From Octopus sinensis (taxonomy: Eukaryota), in NCBI RefSeq assembly GCF_006345805.1, contig NC_042997.1, positions 209,746,001-209,810,000 of the forward strand: a DNA stretch of 64,000 nt. The letters run 5' to 3'. The translations under genes and the position numbers were made by a program. The notes under the pieces are model-generated. The model worked only from the letters and a program-made list of their open reading frames with translations, ran no database searches and was not told the origin of the DNA. Within the stretch, counting starts at the first letter, position 1. Each line of letters starts with the position of its first letter. Below, piece by piece: positions 13,581-27,904 of the stretch.

Positions 13581-14288
13581 ATAATAAATATTAGGGAATA
13601 AATCCAAACTTACAGGGAAAAATCAGATTTAGGATTGAATCCAATTTTATAGTAAAATATTATATTATATTAAATTAGAGACAAAACCACTATTATGCAA
13701 ATCAAACAAAGAAAGACTTAAGCCAATACATAAAATATTTTATGTATTGGCTTAAGTCTTTCTTTGTTTGATTTGCCTAATTGTGGTTTTGTCTCTAATT
13801 TAATATATATATATATCAATATCAAAAATCAAATCACAATCAAATGGAAATTGTAGTTGTGACCGATGCCAGTGCCACCTGACTAGCTCCCATTCTTTTG
13901 GCACACAATAAACACCATTTATGCGTGGCTCGTTGCCAGTGTTATCTGACTGGCTCCCTGTGCTGGTGGCACGTAAAAAGCACTATCTGAATGTGGTCGA
14001 TGCCAGCCACCACCGCCCTGACTGGCTCCTGTGCCACTAGCTTGTAAAAAGTACCATCCAAACCTGGATGATCCTTACTGGCTCCCATGCCGGTGGCACG
14101 TAAAAAAGCACCCACTGTACTCTGAGAGTGGTTGGTGTTAGGAAGGGCATCCAGCTATAGAAACCTTGCCAGATCAGACTGGAGCCTGGTGCAGCCTCCT
14201 GGCTCTCTAGACCTCAGTCAAACCGTTTAACCCATGCCAGCATGGAAACAGATGTTAAATGATTATGATGATGATGATGATATATATA

Positions 14289-14324
<36 letters not shown>

Positions 14325-16263
14325 GTATAGTTTGTGAAGGTGCATGGCTCAGTGGTTAGAGCATTGAACTTACGATTGTGAGGTTGTAAGTTCAATTCGC
14401 TGACCAGGCTGCATGTTGTGTTCTTGAGCAAGACACTTTATATCACGTTGCTCCAGTTCACTCAGTTGTGGAAATGAGTTGCCAAGTCACATGTCCCAAG
14501 CTGTATCGGTGGCGTGGAGAGGGGCGGCCGGTATGCATGGGCGACTGCTGGTCTTCCATAAACAACCTTGCCCGGACTTGTGCCTGGGAGGGTAACTTTC
14601 TAGGTGCAATTGCATGGTTACATGATTGAAGGGGGTCTCAGTATATAGTATAGTTTGTTATTTGTTATATTTTTGGAGTGTGTGTTCTTCAAAGTAAGAT
14701 CTGGTGGTTGCCATTAAAGTTTACTGAGAAATACTTCAAATGAATCACTTGACAACAAAATGTCATCTTGCTTGGAACCTATTACAGCTTTCATCTATTA
14801 TGGTTTCCTTCTGCAGTTCTTTGCTGCAGGGTGTGGCTCTCCAAAAGAGCTTCCCACATTTTACAAGTTGACAAACATCCCAACATCAAATGCATGGTGT
14901 GTGCCACCAGTCCTAACTATGATGCTAACTGAGAAAATAGTTTCACATGAGCAACATGAAGACATTTTTTTTTAATAATGAAATTATTTTATGCAGTGCT
15001 CAGGTGCACCACAACTTGTCAGAGAGTGCATATAAAGTATATGTAGTAATGTACAAATGTCTGGGAAGTGAACAGTGTATGAGTCAGATACATGCTTGCG
15101 TGTGTATGTAGGGGAGAAAGATCAGGTGTAGTGTTGGCGAATCTCAGAAAGCATGGAAGTCCTGAAGGATGCAGTGCTCCAACAACTAACAACTGATGCC
15201 GGCAGTTTGTTCCATGCTTCAACTCTCAGCGTGAAAAAATGTTTCCTAAAGTCATGGGAGCTGTGCTGTTTTCTGACTTTGTAAACATGTCCACGGGTGT
15301 TAGACAGATGGAGTTTGAAAAGGTGCTCAGAGTTATTATTTGTAAGATGGTTAATAATTTTATGGGTGTCTGCCAAGTCAGCTGCCAGACGTTGGGGTTT
15401 CAATGTATCCATTCCCAGGGAAGTAAGGCGTTCAAAATATGGCAAATGCCTGATGGAGGGTATTCTCTTGGTTGCACATCACTGAACGGCTTTCAGAAGA
15501 TTAATGTCCTGGGGCCACCCCACTGGCTTGTGTAAATTTTGGGAGGTTTTTCTGCCACACCCTGTGTAAGTAATTGTGTTAAATCAATGATTCTTGTTTT
15601 ATTTGCTGTGTTTTTGTTATTCATAACTGTTTTTTATTATTGTTGTTCTCTTCCACAGACCAATGGATGAACGGCAAACAGTATTTGATCGACTGAAAAA
15701 ACTCTTCACAGCTGTAGCTCTCAGAGAATTTAGGTAATTTCATTGGATTTAAATGAAAAAAAAGAAACGAAAGAGAGATGTGTGTGAATTCAAATCTGCT
15801 GAAATGTTAGGTCCTTAAACTTTTAACATTTAAATCACTCAGGCCCGACCCAAATATTGTACTTGTTTAATGTTCACACTGACCAGATCAGACCTCTCAG
15901 ACCTACCCTATAATGTCATTCTAAAAATAAACATTGACATCATCAAAATCTTGAATTTATGAGTTAATGCATGATTAATTGAAAACTATGAATAAATAAG
16001 CATTTCATTTGACAGAATAATCTGAATGCCAAAGGGTTAAGTGACTAAATTAGTTTGATACGAGACCCTTCGTTTGTTGTTTTAGTTGTTTATTAAACAA
16101 CATGTTATTGATTTAAAGGAAACAGCATAGAATCTAAGCTGACAGCTGGTGATCTGTGTCAGCAGATGATGGTACCGTGTGTGTGTATTCCACAAGGAGA
16201 AGAGAAACTTAGCACTTGGAGTGGGTTGATTGTATGAGAAAGAGAGAGAAAAATCATTTGTTT

Positions 16264-16301
<38 letters not shown>

Positions 16302-19300
16302 GTTTTTCTGTCTGTCTGTCTCTCTCTCTCTCTCAAAGGGACAACCCCCAAAACATCAGATCACTGATTCTACTCATGAAGTAAGTTAGTCATATGTCCA
16401 CGGAATACTGAACTATTTGTACATCTAATCTTCCATATATTCTCTGGCCATGGGGAAATATTACCTTGCTTAGGGTTGGCGACTGGAAGGGCATCCAGTG
16501 GTAGAAACTCTGCCTTCGACAAATTCTGTCTGACCCATACAAACATAGTAAAGTGGATATTAAAACGATGATGATGATGATGATGATATGCACACACACA
16601 CACACAACTGATGCATGACGTCAAGACAATAACACACACACATGTATATACGTGTGTGTGTGTATGGCCTCATTGAGGCAAGGTGGCTGAGTTCCTTTTG
16701 AGTGTTGAGCCTCATGGAGGCAATGACTGGGGCCTTTTGGCATTATGTCATGCTTGAGTAGAAAACCCATCAAACCAAGCAAAATCGCAGTCATGGCAGA
16801 TATCGGTGTCACAGAAATTGGCACCTGTGCTGGTGACACGTAAATGCACCCTGGTGTCATGCAAGTGGCACCCATGCCGGTGGCATGTAAAAGCACCCAT
16901 TACACTCTTGGAGTGGTTGGCATTAGGAAGTGCATCCAACCATAGAAAACCCTGCCAAATCAGACTGGAGTCTGGTGCAGCCTTCCAGCATGCCAGCCCT
17001 GGTCAAACCGTCCTGCCCTTGCCAGCATGGACAATGGATATTAAATAATAACAATGATGATAATATACACACCATGTACTTGGATCATCTTGGAATGAAT
17101 TGAATCCCTGACCTATGACTTATATGCAATTAGAATGGAATTTATTTGCTGATCAACTGAGGCATAACACATCATCATTGTTTAATGTCTGCTTTCCATG
17201 CTGGCATGGGTTGGATGGTTTGACTGGGGACTGGCAAGCCAGTTGGCTGAAATGGCAAGGTTCCTACAGCTGGATGCCCTTCCTAACGCCAATCACTCCT
17301 AGAGTGTAGTGGGTGCTTTTTATGTTCCACTGCTACGGGGAGCCAGTCAGGCATCCCTGGCATCGACCCACGGTTGAATAGTACTTATTGTGTGCCACCA
17401 GCACGGGTGCCATTCAGGTAACACTGGCATTGGCTACAACTACAATTTCATTTTTGATTTTGGATTCTGGGTTTTACTTGACTCAATAGGTCTTCTCAAG
17501 CGCAGCACATCGCCCAATGATTCTAATAAATTATAAATCAGAAACAGCTTTAGCTATGTAAACATTATCAATTGCACGTGCACGGTCTGTGTGTATTATT
17601 TATACACGGAATTTGCTGCAGGCTAGTGTCCAGGGAACGCTCCCGATACAAGGCTGAGTATTAACAAACACTTACTGACCAAATGTGACAGCTCACTCTG
17701 CAATCACCAAGAATGGTAGATACATCTATGTCACCATTGTTGTGGCTTATCAATACCATATGACAGGCTTCTTTCAGTTTCCTTCTGCCAAATTAACTTA
17801 CAACGTTTAGATTGACCCAGCCACGTAAAAAGCACCAAGTCTACTCTGCTGAGTGGTTGGTGTTAGGGAGGGCATCCAGTTGTAAAAATCCTGCCAAAAC
17901 AGTCACAGAAGTCTGGTGCAAGCTTCTGCCTGGCCAGCTTTTGTGGTACCATCCCACCCATGGTAGCATAGAAGGCGGATGCTAAACGATGACGATGATG
18001 GTGATTTATCCAAAGTTTCATGCTGTGAGACTGGACCCTAAACTACATCGTAGTCAGGAAGATTTTACCCTTTCTTATTTTCAAATCTATTTTACAGTTC
18101 CAAACAAATTATTTAAATGATTATTTAATTTCTGTCTTTCAGCCTTAGTGGAAACTCTCATTATCAAAACTTTGAAGAAATTCTCAGCCTCCTGAAAGCT
18201 CTTGAAGAACGAGAAAAAATAGTCTATGGTAAGTTCTTCCACTTTATATTTACAGCAGTTGTTGTTTAGCCCCTGGTCAGCCTTGATTGAGCAGACTATG
18301 ATTAGAAGCATTCCAGTCATGACCATCCTTTTTAAGTATACTTTATCCAAGACTATTCTTTATTCTGAATCTACATTTTGTTCCCTAGTTAAGATGGTAT
18401 GTTGGTCATTCTGTTCCATCTTAACTATTCCCACTAGTTCTCAAGCCACCCCTAAACTCTGCCCATAAATTTACTCAGCATTTAATCCCTTAGCATTAAA
18501 ACTGGCCACATGCAGCTCCAATATCTTCTCAAACCAGCCAGATTTGACCTCTCCCACCTACCCTGCAATGACATTGTAAAAATAAACAATCACATCATTG
18601 AAATCTTGAATCTGCAAGGTAATACAAGATCAATTCAAACCAATGTGACTAAATATACATATTTACGAGAGTAATCTGAATGCTAAACGGTTAACTAGGA
18701 GTACCAACTCAGAATAGTTCCAGACCCAAACAATGTATTACCTCCCCCACCACACACACTTCCATTCTAATGCTGAACTGGTTTTAGTCTAAAACTTCCA
18801 TCTTTTACAGGTCCATCATCCTTTGAGGTGAAGAACATAAAGCAATTGGAATATCATATTTTTTACCAAAGTCTTCAGTTTGTGGAAGTGCCACATGAAA
18901 ATAACAGTTCTTCAGCACAGAGGGGCCGCAGTAAAACAAACAGTAAGTGAAGATAGTTTGCCAACATTGTGAGATTTACAAATCATCATCATCATCATCG
19001 TTTAACGTCCGCTTTCCATGCTAGCATGGGTTGGACGATTTTGACTGAGGGCTGGCGAACCAGATGGCTGCATCAGGCTCCAATCTAATCTGGCAGAGTT
19101 TCTACAGCTGGATGCCCTTCCTAATGCCAAGCACTCCGAGAGTGTAGTAGGTGCTTTTATGTGCCACTGGTACAGGGTCAGTCAGGCGGTACTGGCAATG
19201 ACCTCGCTCAAATCTTTTTACACATGCCACCGGCACAGGTGCCAGTAAGGCGATGTTGGTAATGATAACGCTCGAACGGGGCCCTTCTATGTGCCACCGG

Positions 19301-21498
19301 CATGGAGCCAGTTGGCTGCTCTGGCAACGATCATGCTCAGATGGTGCTCTTGGCACCCTACTAGCACGGGCACAAGTGCCAGTAAGGCGACGCTGGCAAT
19401 GATCACACTCGAATGGTGCCCTTTTATGTGCCACTGGCATGGAAGCCGGTTAGCCTCTTTTGCAAACAGTAAGTGGTTGGCATTTATTGCCAGAATCCTC
19501 CATGTGGTGTCTTTCTGGTGCCATCAGAATGCTAGCTACTAGGAACTTCTTTTAGCAGCATCCCGAAGGCTAGTAGCTGTTTCAACCTGTGGTATCAGTG
19601 CCATGTGGAAAGCATTGGTGATGGTGCCATATAAAAAGCATCCAGTACACTTTGTAAAGTGGTTGGCATTAGGAAGGGTGTCCAACTATGACAACTATGT
19701 GAAAGCAGACATTGGATCCTGGTACAGCTGTCTGGTTAACCTGCTCCTGTCAAACTGTCCGACCCATGCCAGCTTGGAAGATGGACGTTAAATGATGATG
19801 AACAGCTAATAGCATTTAACGCACTTTATATCTATTTTCATATTGTGGGGAATAATATGGAATGGTTAAAATATGTGAGACAAAGTGACTGAGTTCCTTT
19901 CAAGCCTTGGGCCTCATGGAGGCAATGACCAAGATTTTTGGCATTATGTCGTGCTTGAGTAGAAGACTCATCAAGCCAAGAAAAATTGCAGTTGTGACAG
20001 ATATTTGTGTCATGCAAATAGCACATAAAAGCACCCATTTTACTCTCAGAGTGGTTGACGTTAGGAAGGGCATCCAGCTGTAGAAAACCATGTCACCGAT
20101 ATTATCCAAGGGAAAGACAAAGGCCGATACAGCTTGGGACATGTGACTTGGCAACTCATTTCTACAACTGAGTGAACTGGAGCAACATGAAATAAAATCA
20201 GACTGGAGTCTGGTGCAGCCTTCCAGCTTACCAGCCCTGGTCAAACCGTCCAACCCATGCCAGCATGGACAACAGACATTAAACGATGATGATGATGATA
20301 AGGAGGAGGAGGAATTAGTAGTCCCTCTAGTCTTCCATTAGGGTATCTTCTGGTATATCACTAGTGATCCCTCTGGTGTACCATAGGAGATCTTGTATTC
20401 ATGTTTTAGCATTAATTTGTTGTTATATTAGGGGCCACTGTTATTCTTTACTATCACATTCTGGTGTTACCTTAGGGGTTCATTTATATCTTAATAGTAA
20501 CATTAGGGTCCAAATTGTTCTTTTTTTTTTGATGACCCTTCTGTTTGGTTATTTTGCAATTATTTATTTATTTATTTTTCTGTTCTATTTCAAGATGAGC
20601 AACAACAAAGCCTAAAAAACAAGGAACTGAAGAATTCGCAGTGGTCTTTGTTGCCTTTGTCTGATCCCACAGACAAATTCCTCTCCAACATATCCCAGTG
20701 GTCAACTCTATGGGGTCAGAAAAAGAAGAAAGAGACCAATAAAGTGGCAGGTTCTGAACTCTCTGACCGTTTAAGAAAATTAATTGTCATGGCTGTGGAT
20801 CTGGTAGTGTTTGGGGGTAAGGACCTTTGTTTTTTTTTTTGTTTGGTGTGTGGAGGTGCTGTACTCTTATTTGTGTTGTAGAGTACTTTCGCTTAACATT
20901 TATTTGTGTGAGTTGACAAATGTCATTTCTGGTGTGTGTGTGTGTGCAGACATGGCTATGTGGTTAAGAAGCTTGCTTTGCAACCATGTGGTTTTGGGTT
21001 CAGTCCCACTGCATGACACCTCGGAAAAGTGTCTTTTAGCATAACCTCAAGCAGACTAATGCCTTGCTGAGTGAATAATTTGTTTGGAAGAAATTGTATG
21101 GAAACCAGTTGTGAGTGTGTATATCTCACATGGATGGGAAAGCCTTCTCTTTTCTATCGAGGGCTTATATGTCCCTTTATTAGACTATTTTCCTTAGTCA
21201 TTGCACGGTGGTTGCTGTAAGCTTTAAGCTTATATAAAAATACCATTATTATTACTTACAGGGTTGTAAACTCAGCCCATATAACAAAACCATTTGCACC
21301 AAAAGCACGCACGCTCACACACACACAGATATAAATGGAACAAAAACGCAATAGAAGACAATAAAAACATTCGGACAGAAAGACAATACAAAGGTGAACA
21401 AGAGAAACAACAATTAGGACAGGGAAAAGAGGACGGCTCATTCTTGGTCTTCTTTCTTCAGTCAAGTACCAGATGTCATGTGTGTGTGTGTATATGTA

Positions 21499-21546
<48 letters not shown>

Positions 21547-24500
21547 CCCTCTGGTTGACTAATCATGTATTTCCTTTACAGCAGCACACCTGTTTCTCTC
21601 CTCATTCTCTCTCTCTCTTTCTCTCACTCTTTCACCTCCTCTACAGCAAGCTACCTTAGTTAGTTACCTGTTTCTGTCTCTCTGTCACACTCTAAACTTT
21701 GATCATCTGACATAAGATCACCACCTCCAATGCTCCCTCTCATCTCAAAGTTTCTTTGTCTTGCAAGGTATTTGGTGACCCTACCAGTGCTGGTGCCACA
21801 TAAAAAAAAAAAAAGCATTCAGCCCACTCTGCAGGGAGATTGGTATTAGGAAGGGCATCCAGCTGTAAAAACCATGCCAGAAGAGATGCAGAAGTCTGGT
21901 GCAGTCTTCCATCTAGTCAGATCTTGTCAATCCATCTAACCCATGCCAGCATGGATGGCAGATGTTAAATGATGATGAGGATAATGATAAATAATAACAA
22001 GTAAATATGGGGTTGAAAATAGCTTTTTGATACAAAAAATGTCAAAGGTTATTTATTTATAGCCTTATGTGATGTGCCGCCAGAGCTAATTTTCCAAAAA
22101 ATGAATTATTTTTTAGTGTGTCGTCAACATCATCATCATCATCGTTTAACGTCCGTTTTCCATGCGGGCATGGGTTAGATGGTTTGACTGCGGTCTGGAG
22201 AGCCAGAAGGCTGCACCAGGCTCCAATCTGATTTGGCAGAGTTTCCACAGCTTGTTGCCCTTCCTAATGCCAACCACTCCGAGAGTGTAATGGGTGCTTT
22301 TTATGTGCCACCAGTGTAGTCAGTGTGGTGTTATTGTTGTTAATCCCAGGTCATCTCTGACTGGCCCAAGTCTATGATCAGTGACATTCCAGCCATACCC
22401 AGCCATCCTTTTATCAATAATCGCATATCTAGGATCACATTCTCCAGTTTGTTCTTTTCTTTCCCTGATGATAGCATGTAATTTGAGTGAAATTTGGTTG
22501 TTATTCCTAGCAGCGTGAATGCCCACTTCGCCTTTGTCAGAGTGGCAATAGCACTGCTGTGCCATCAAAATGGTATGTTTGTCAATTATGGTGTAATATG
22601 TGGCTTTGATGTCTCGTATTGACTGATATATTCTCTAACAATAGATCTTTATTATATAATTCATTCATGTATACATATTGCTATATTAATATATCTAGAT
22701 AATGACTCCAGCTCCATAGCTACTGGACTTAAGTTGACCTTTGTATTCAATGGACCCAGTGATGCATTTACATCAGATAGCCAGTTTCGGACACATCTGC
22801 TGGACTTTTTAGTGAAATCTTTGGCCAGCATACAGGTCAGTATATGTCCTTCTTTCTCCCAGTCTTCCCTGCTTTTCTGTCTCCTTCCAATGCTGCAACC
22901 TTTCTTCTGGCACCTCCCATTGCTGCGGCCTTCCCCCTGGCTCGTTCCATCGCTACGGCCTTCCCTTTGGCTCCTTCCATTGCTACGGCCTTCTTCCTGG
23001 CTCCTCCCATTGTTGCAGCCTTCATCCTAGTTCCTTCCTGCTGTGTGGTCTTCTCCTGGCTCCTCCCATCTATGTGGCCTTCCCCCTGGCTCCTCCCATC
23101 TATGTGGCCTTCCCCCTAGCTCCTCATATCTATGTGGCCTTCCCCTTGGCTCCTCACATATATGTGGCCTTCCCTCTAGCTCCTCATATCTATGTGGCCT
23201 TCCCTCTAGCTCCTCATATCTATGTGGCCTTCCCCCTGGCTCCTCACATCTATGTGGCTTTCCCCTGGCTCCTCATATCTATGTGGCCTTCCCCCTGGCT
23301 CCTCCCGTCTATGTGCCCTTCCCTCTGGCTCCTCCCGTCTATGTGGCCTTCCCCCTGGCTCCTCCCGTCTATGTGTCCTTCCTCCTGGCTCCTCACATCT
23401 ATGTGGCCTTCCCCCTGGCTCCTCCCATCTATGTGGCCTTCCCCCTGGCTCCTCATCTATGTGGCCTTCCCCCTGGCTCCTCCCATCTATGTAGCCTTCC
23501 CCCCCCCACTCCTCTCATCTCTGCAGCTGTCCCCCGGCTCCTCCCATCTCTGTGACCTTGACCCTGGCCCCTCCCATCCCTGCAGCCTTTCTTCTGTGAA
23601 AGGCTGGGTACGGTCAGTTTAAATGCTAAAGACTTAAAGAAAGACCACATTAAGTAACTTTGTATATGGTCGTGGCTGAACACCTCTTATGACAAGTCTA
23701 TTCGACCAGGGTTGACCGGGGGCAGGAGGGGCTGAACAAACCCTAATAAAATCTTATAAGAACCAGCCAGAGTTTTTCTTATGGAACCAATATTTATTAA
23801 TTAATTTAATGACCCTCTGTTAATTATTGCTCTTTGTCTCTCTCTCTCTCTCTCTCTCACTCTATTTTCCCTTATTCTAGGAAAAAGGCATTTTACAGTC
23901 AAGAAAGCCGAAAGCTTCTGTCTTCCACAGTGCCAAAGACACCCTCCTTAAACAAGTAAGTCAACCATCCAGTCTTCTTCCTTCAGCATCTTTTGTTTTC
24001 TTTATTCTGTTATACTCTTCCCTCAGACTTGTGCATAGTTTACCAAGGTGCAGTTACCCCACTTGACAGCAGGTTCAAACAAACTGGCACTAGATGGCGT
24101 TAGTGTGTGAGATTCTGGCATGAGCCCTTACGACTACCTCTTTCTGCATCGGGATGCAAAACTGTGAAGTCTTAACCTAACTGCCTCTCTCTCTCTCACA
24201 CCACACGCCAGAAGCAGATAGGAGCTAACACACAGGAGAAGACTATAGCCTCCACGCATCAAACCATTTTCATTTATCATTCAGTTTGTGTATGTAGATG
24301 TGGCCACATTAAAGGTGTATAATGTCACAGCCTTGTTTTATGTATTCTTTATATCGGGTTTTGTGTCAAATGATATTACAGCCTTCTTAGTAGAGTTACA
24401 TTAGATGGAATACAACCTGGAGAGCAGACGTTAAATGACGATAACATATATATATGAACTTAGTGTGTTGTTAGATACTCAGAACAACACCATACATGTA

Positions 24501-27472
24501 TATGAGAAATTAAATGTTTGAAGTAAACATACATGAATACACAGAGGACATTTTCTGAGGAGGTTGATTAAGACTGAAATATATCCAGAGTTATTTCCCC
24601 TATGTTCCAAAATAATTTTAATAATATTACTTACTGACCAAATATATCTTTTCCAGGCTGCATCATTTATTATTTCTAATTAGATTTTTTTAATGCTCCT
24701 TACATTCAGTGTGTTAACACCAAGTAAACTAGGATTTTTAACATGTTATCTCTTTTGTGGGGTTTGTGGTATGTTTTGTTGTATCTCTGTTCCTTGTGTT
24801 CAGAATCGAACCCACGTCCTCCTCCTCCTGCCCTAGTCATTCAATCCCCTGAACAATCTTTCCTTTTTCTTTGTGTTTTTTTCCATTTTTAGACAGCACG
24901 TCTCATAGTCTCCATGTTGTCTCCTGGGGTTGAGTTCTACGAACGCATTTTCGTCGTGTTTTACATGGTGAAAGAGATCAAACACCGAGAGATCTTCAAG
25001 TCAATGTTTGCTTCTAGTCCTTGGGTGAGTGACCTTTTCATCTATCCTCTCCTTCCTCCTCTTCCCTCTCTTCTTCCTCCCCCTCCTTCCCTCTTGTCTT
25101 CCTGCTCCTCTTCCCTCTCTTCTTCCTGCTCCTCTTCCCTCTCTTCTTCCTCCTCCTCTTCTTCCCTCTCGTCTTCCTCCTTCTCCTCTTCCCTCTCTTC
25201 TTCCTCCTCCCTCTTCCCTCTCTTCTTCCTGCTCCTCTTCCCTCTCTTCTTCTTCCTGCTCCTGCTCCTCCTCTTCCCTCTCTTCTTCCTCCTCCCTTCC
25301 CATCTTCCTCTTTCCTTTCCTTCCCCCTCCTCCTCTTCATCTGAGTATTTCTTTCCTCCACCCTCCATGAGACTAGCTTCTCTTCCCTTCCCTCAATGGA
25401 TATCTCCACACTTCCCTTTGAGTAACAAACACCAATTCTTTGAATCAGTAACTCTAAATTCTTTCACCGACCAACTTTAATATCCTCCATGTTCCCTTGT
25501 TATCTGCAAACCTTGAGCGAGTTTCTCCCCATTATTTGATCGAGTATGTCCAGAAATACTTGAGTAACTCCTCGTTCTTTAGATGAGTAACTAAACTCCT
25601 CCCATTGCTCAATGAGTAACCTCCTACTCCTTGAGTGACTACCTGGACTCTTCACATTTCTTTCGCTGAGTACCACTCATCTCTGTCCCCTTTAAGGGTG
25701 CAATGCCTTTTCTATTGTTGTCTTTCCTCTCACCCTTCCTCTACGCCTTATCCCTACCTCTTTGCACCTCAAGATCCCTATTCTCCCCACAACCCACCAA
25801 CTCTTCAATCCTATTGACCCCAATTGCTTCTCTTTGAGCAAATGAAAGGCACCCAAAGTAGCCATTTGATCTGCTAGAAATAGCAGCCAAGTCTTGAATC
25901 AAACCGTACATTTTATTTCAAAATGAACACATTGGTCGATGTTGTTCTGAGGTATACTTTGCCTAAAAAGAAAATACTGGTTGGTCTTGGCTGAAAAGCC
26001 TTCCATTATAGATCTGTGGGTTATGGCCAGCCTGGGGTTAAACATCAACCACTGTCCCGCATTCCTACAATACCAGCCATTTCTTTTACCTCTCCCCCAT
26101 CCTCCAGCTAACCGCTTCTCCCTCTCCACCTCAACCAACTCTTATCAATGTTGTAAGCTCTCTCTCTCATATGTCCCCTACAGGTCAACAGCCTGTTACC
26201 TTTCCTTCATGAGCTGCTGTCCTCTTACAAAGACCAAATGTCCAACAGCCAACAGGACAACATCAACTGCCTGTTTGGTTTGCTCAAGAAATCTGGGTCA
26301 CGGCTGCTCTTCTCCCCGGAGATCCACAACAACACCCCGGATAAAGGCAAGTTGGAGCAGGTACGTTCCTAACACTCTCACCATTCTAACACAGCCACTA
26401 TCATCTCATACTACCATGATACATTCATCATCAACACCATCATCATCATCATCATTCAACATCCACTTTCCATGTTAGCATGGGTTGGATGGTTTGACTG
26501 AGGGCTGGCGAACCAGATGGCTGCACCAGGCCCCAATCTTGATCTGGCAGAGTTTCTACAGCTGGATGACCTTCCTAATGCCAACCACTCCAAGAGGAGT
26601 GTAGTGGGTGCTTTTTACGTGCCACCAGCAAGGGGGTCTGTCAGGCAGTACTGGCAATGACCTCGCTCGAATCTTTTTACACATGCCACCGGCATAGGTG
26701 CCAGTAAGGCGATGTTGGTATCGATCACGCTCAAATGGTGCGCTTTTACGTGCCACCAGCACGGAAGCCAATTGGCTGCTCTGGCAATGATCATGCTTGG
26801 ATGGTGCTCTTGGCACCCTACTAGCATGGGCACAAGTGCCAGTAAGGCGATGCTGGTAATGTGTAATTTTTCCATGCTTGAATGGTGCTCTTCCTGTTGC
26901 CAACCCTTACCTGTTTCCAAGCTAGGCAATATTTCCAGATGGCCAGAACAGGTTTCTTGGGGAAGACTGAAAGTGAAGCACACTGCTGGTATGATAATGT
27001 TTGTCTACGACTATCATGCCATGTCAAGGCAAGGAAACACTAGCACATGCACACTAACAAACACACACACACACACACATACATACACACACACACACAT
27101 AAACATACATACACACACGGACACACATACACACGACAGGCTTCTTTCAGTTTCCATCTACCAAATCCACTCTCAAGGCTTTGGTCAGCCTAAGGCTATA
27201 GCAGAATACATTTGCCCAAGGTGCCTTGCTGCTGCCACCCAACTACCACTGCCAAAAACACCACCACTAGAAATTCTATCATCCAGACACCCACCTTTCA
27301 TCCATGACCATCCATCATAAATTCTTTTCTGTTTGTTACATTGAAGGAAATCAAAACAGTTTCAGAACAGCTGGAAGAAGAGAAGCAAGAATGGCTGAAG
27401 AGGAGACATCAACACTTAAGCAGGTATATACCCCCCACCCCACCCGCTTCTCTTTCTTTCTCCTATACATAC

Positions 27473-27515
<43 letters not shown>

Positions 27516-27872
27516 AGGATAAGGGAAATTATGGAAGGAACACATCTAGGCAATCAATACTAATTCCAAAGCATAAAATAAAATGAATCATCATCATCAT
27601 CATCATCGATTAACGTCCGTTTTCCATGCTGGTATGGGTTGGATGGTTTGACTGAGGTCTGGCACCAATCTTGTCTGGCAATGTTTCTACAGCTGGATGC
27701 CCTTCCTAATGCCAACCACTCCGAGAGTGTAGTGGGTGCTTTTTACGTGCTGAGAGCAGGGGTGAGTGAAAAAGCAAAGTCAACTTCAGTGGATTTTGAA
27801 CTCAGAATGTAAAACAAACGAAATGCTAAGCATTTTTGCCCAGTGTCCAAGCAATTCTGCCAGCTCACCATC

Positions 27873-27904
<32 letters not shown>

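Noticed and set aside
14817-14940. Acceptor-like ctgcag sites with a short open frame
   Set aside because: No donor giving the required phase 2-to-2 and no LYST similarity.
19480-19600. Unique sequence between two RTE fragments with ag/gt ends
   Set aside because: Stops in all three + frames.
22464-22495. CTGATGA..GAAA spacing
   Set aside because: No stem II or stem I complementarity.
23043-23622. Long ORFs (170-182 aa) over the minisatellite
   Set aside because: Produced by a stop-poor 30-bp tandem unit; no splice or homology support.
24555-24590. CTGAGGA-GGTT..GACT-GAA-ATATAT-C hammerhead-like string
   Set aside because: No stem I pairing as written; may be a decayed relic but not supportable.
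24914-25480. Ser/Leu- and Glu/Arg-rich ORFs on both strands
   Set aside because: Only 24893-25024 is exon; the rest is a CT low-complexity tract.
26556-27320. Many 100-200 aa ORFs in family A/E repeats (also 19102, 44099, 45441, 53577)
   Set aside because: They are translations of RTE 3' UTR and SINE sequence and recur with the repeats.
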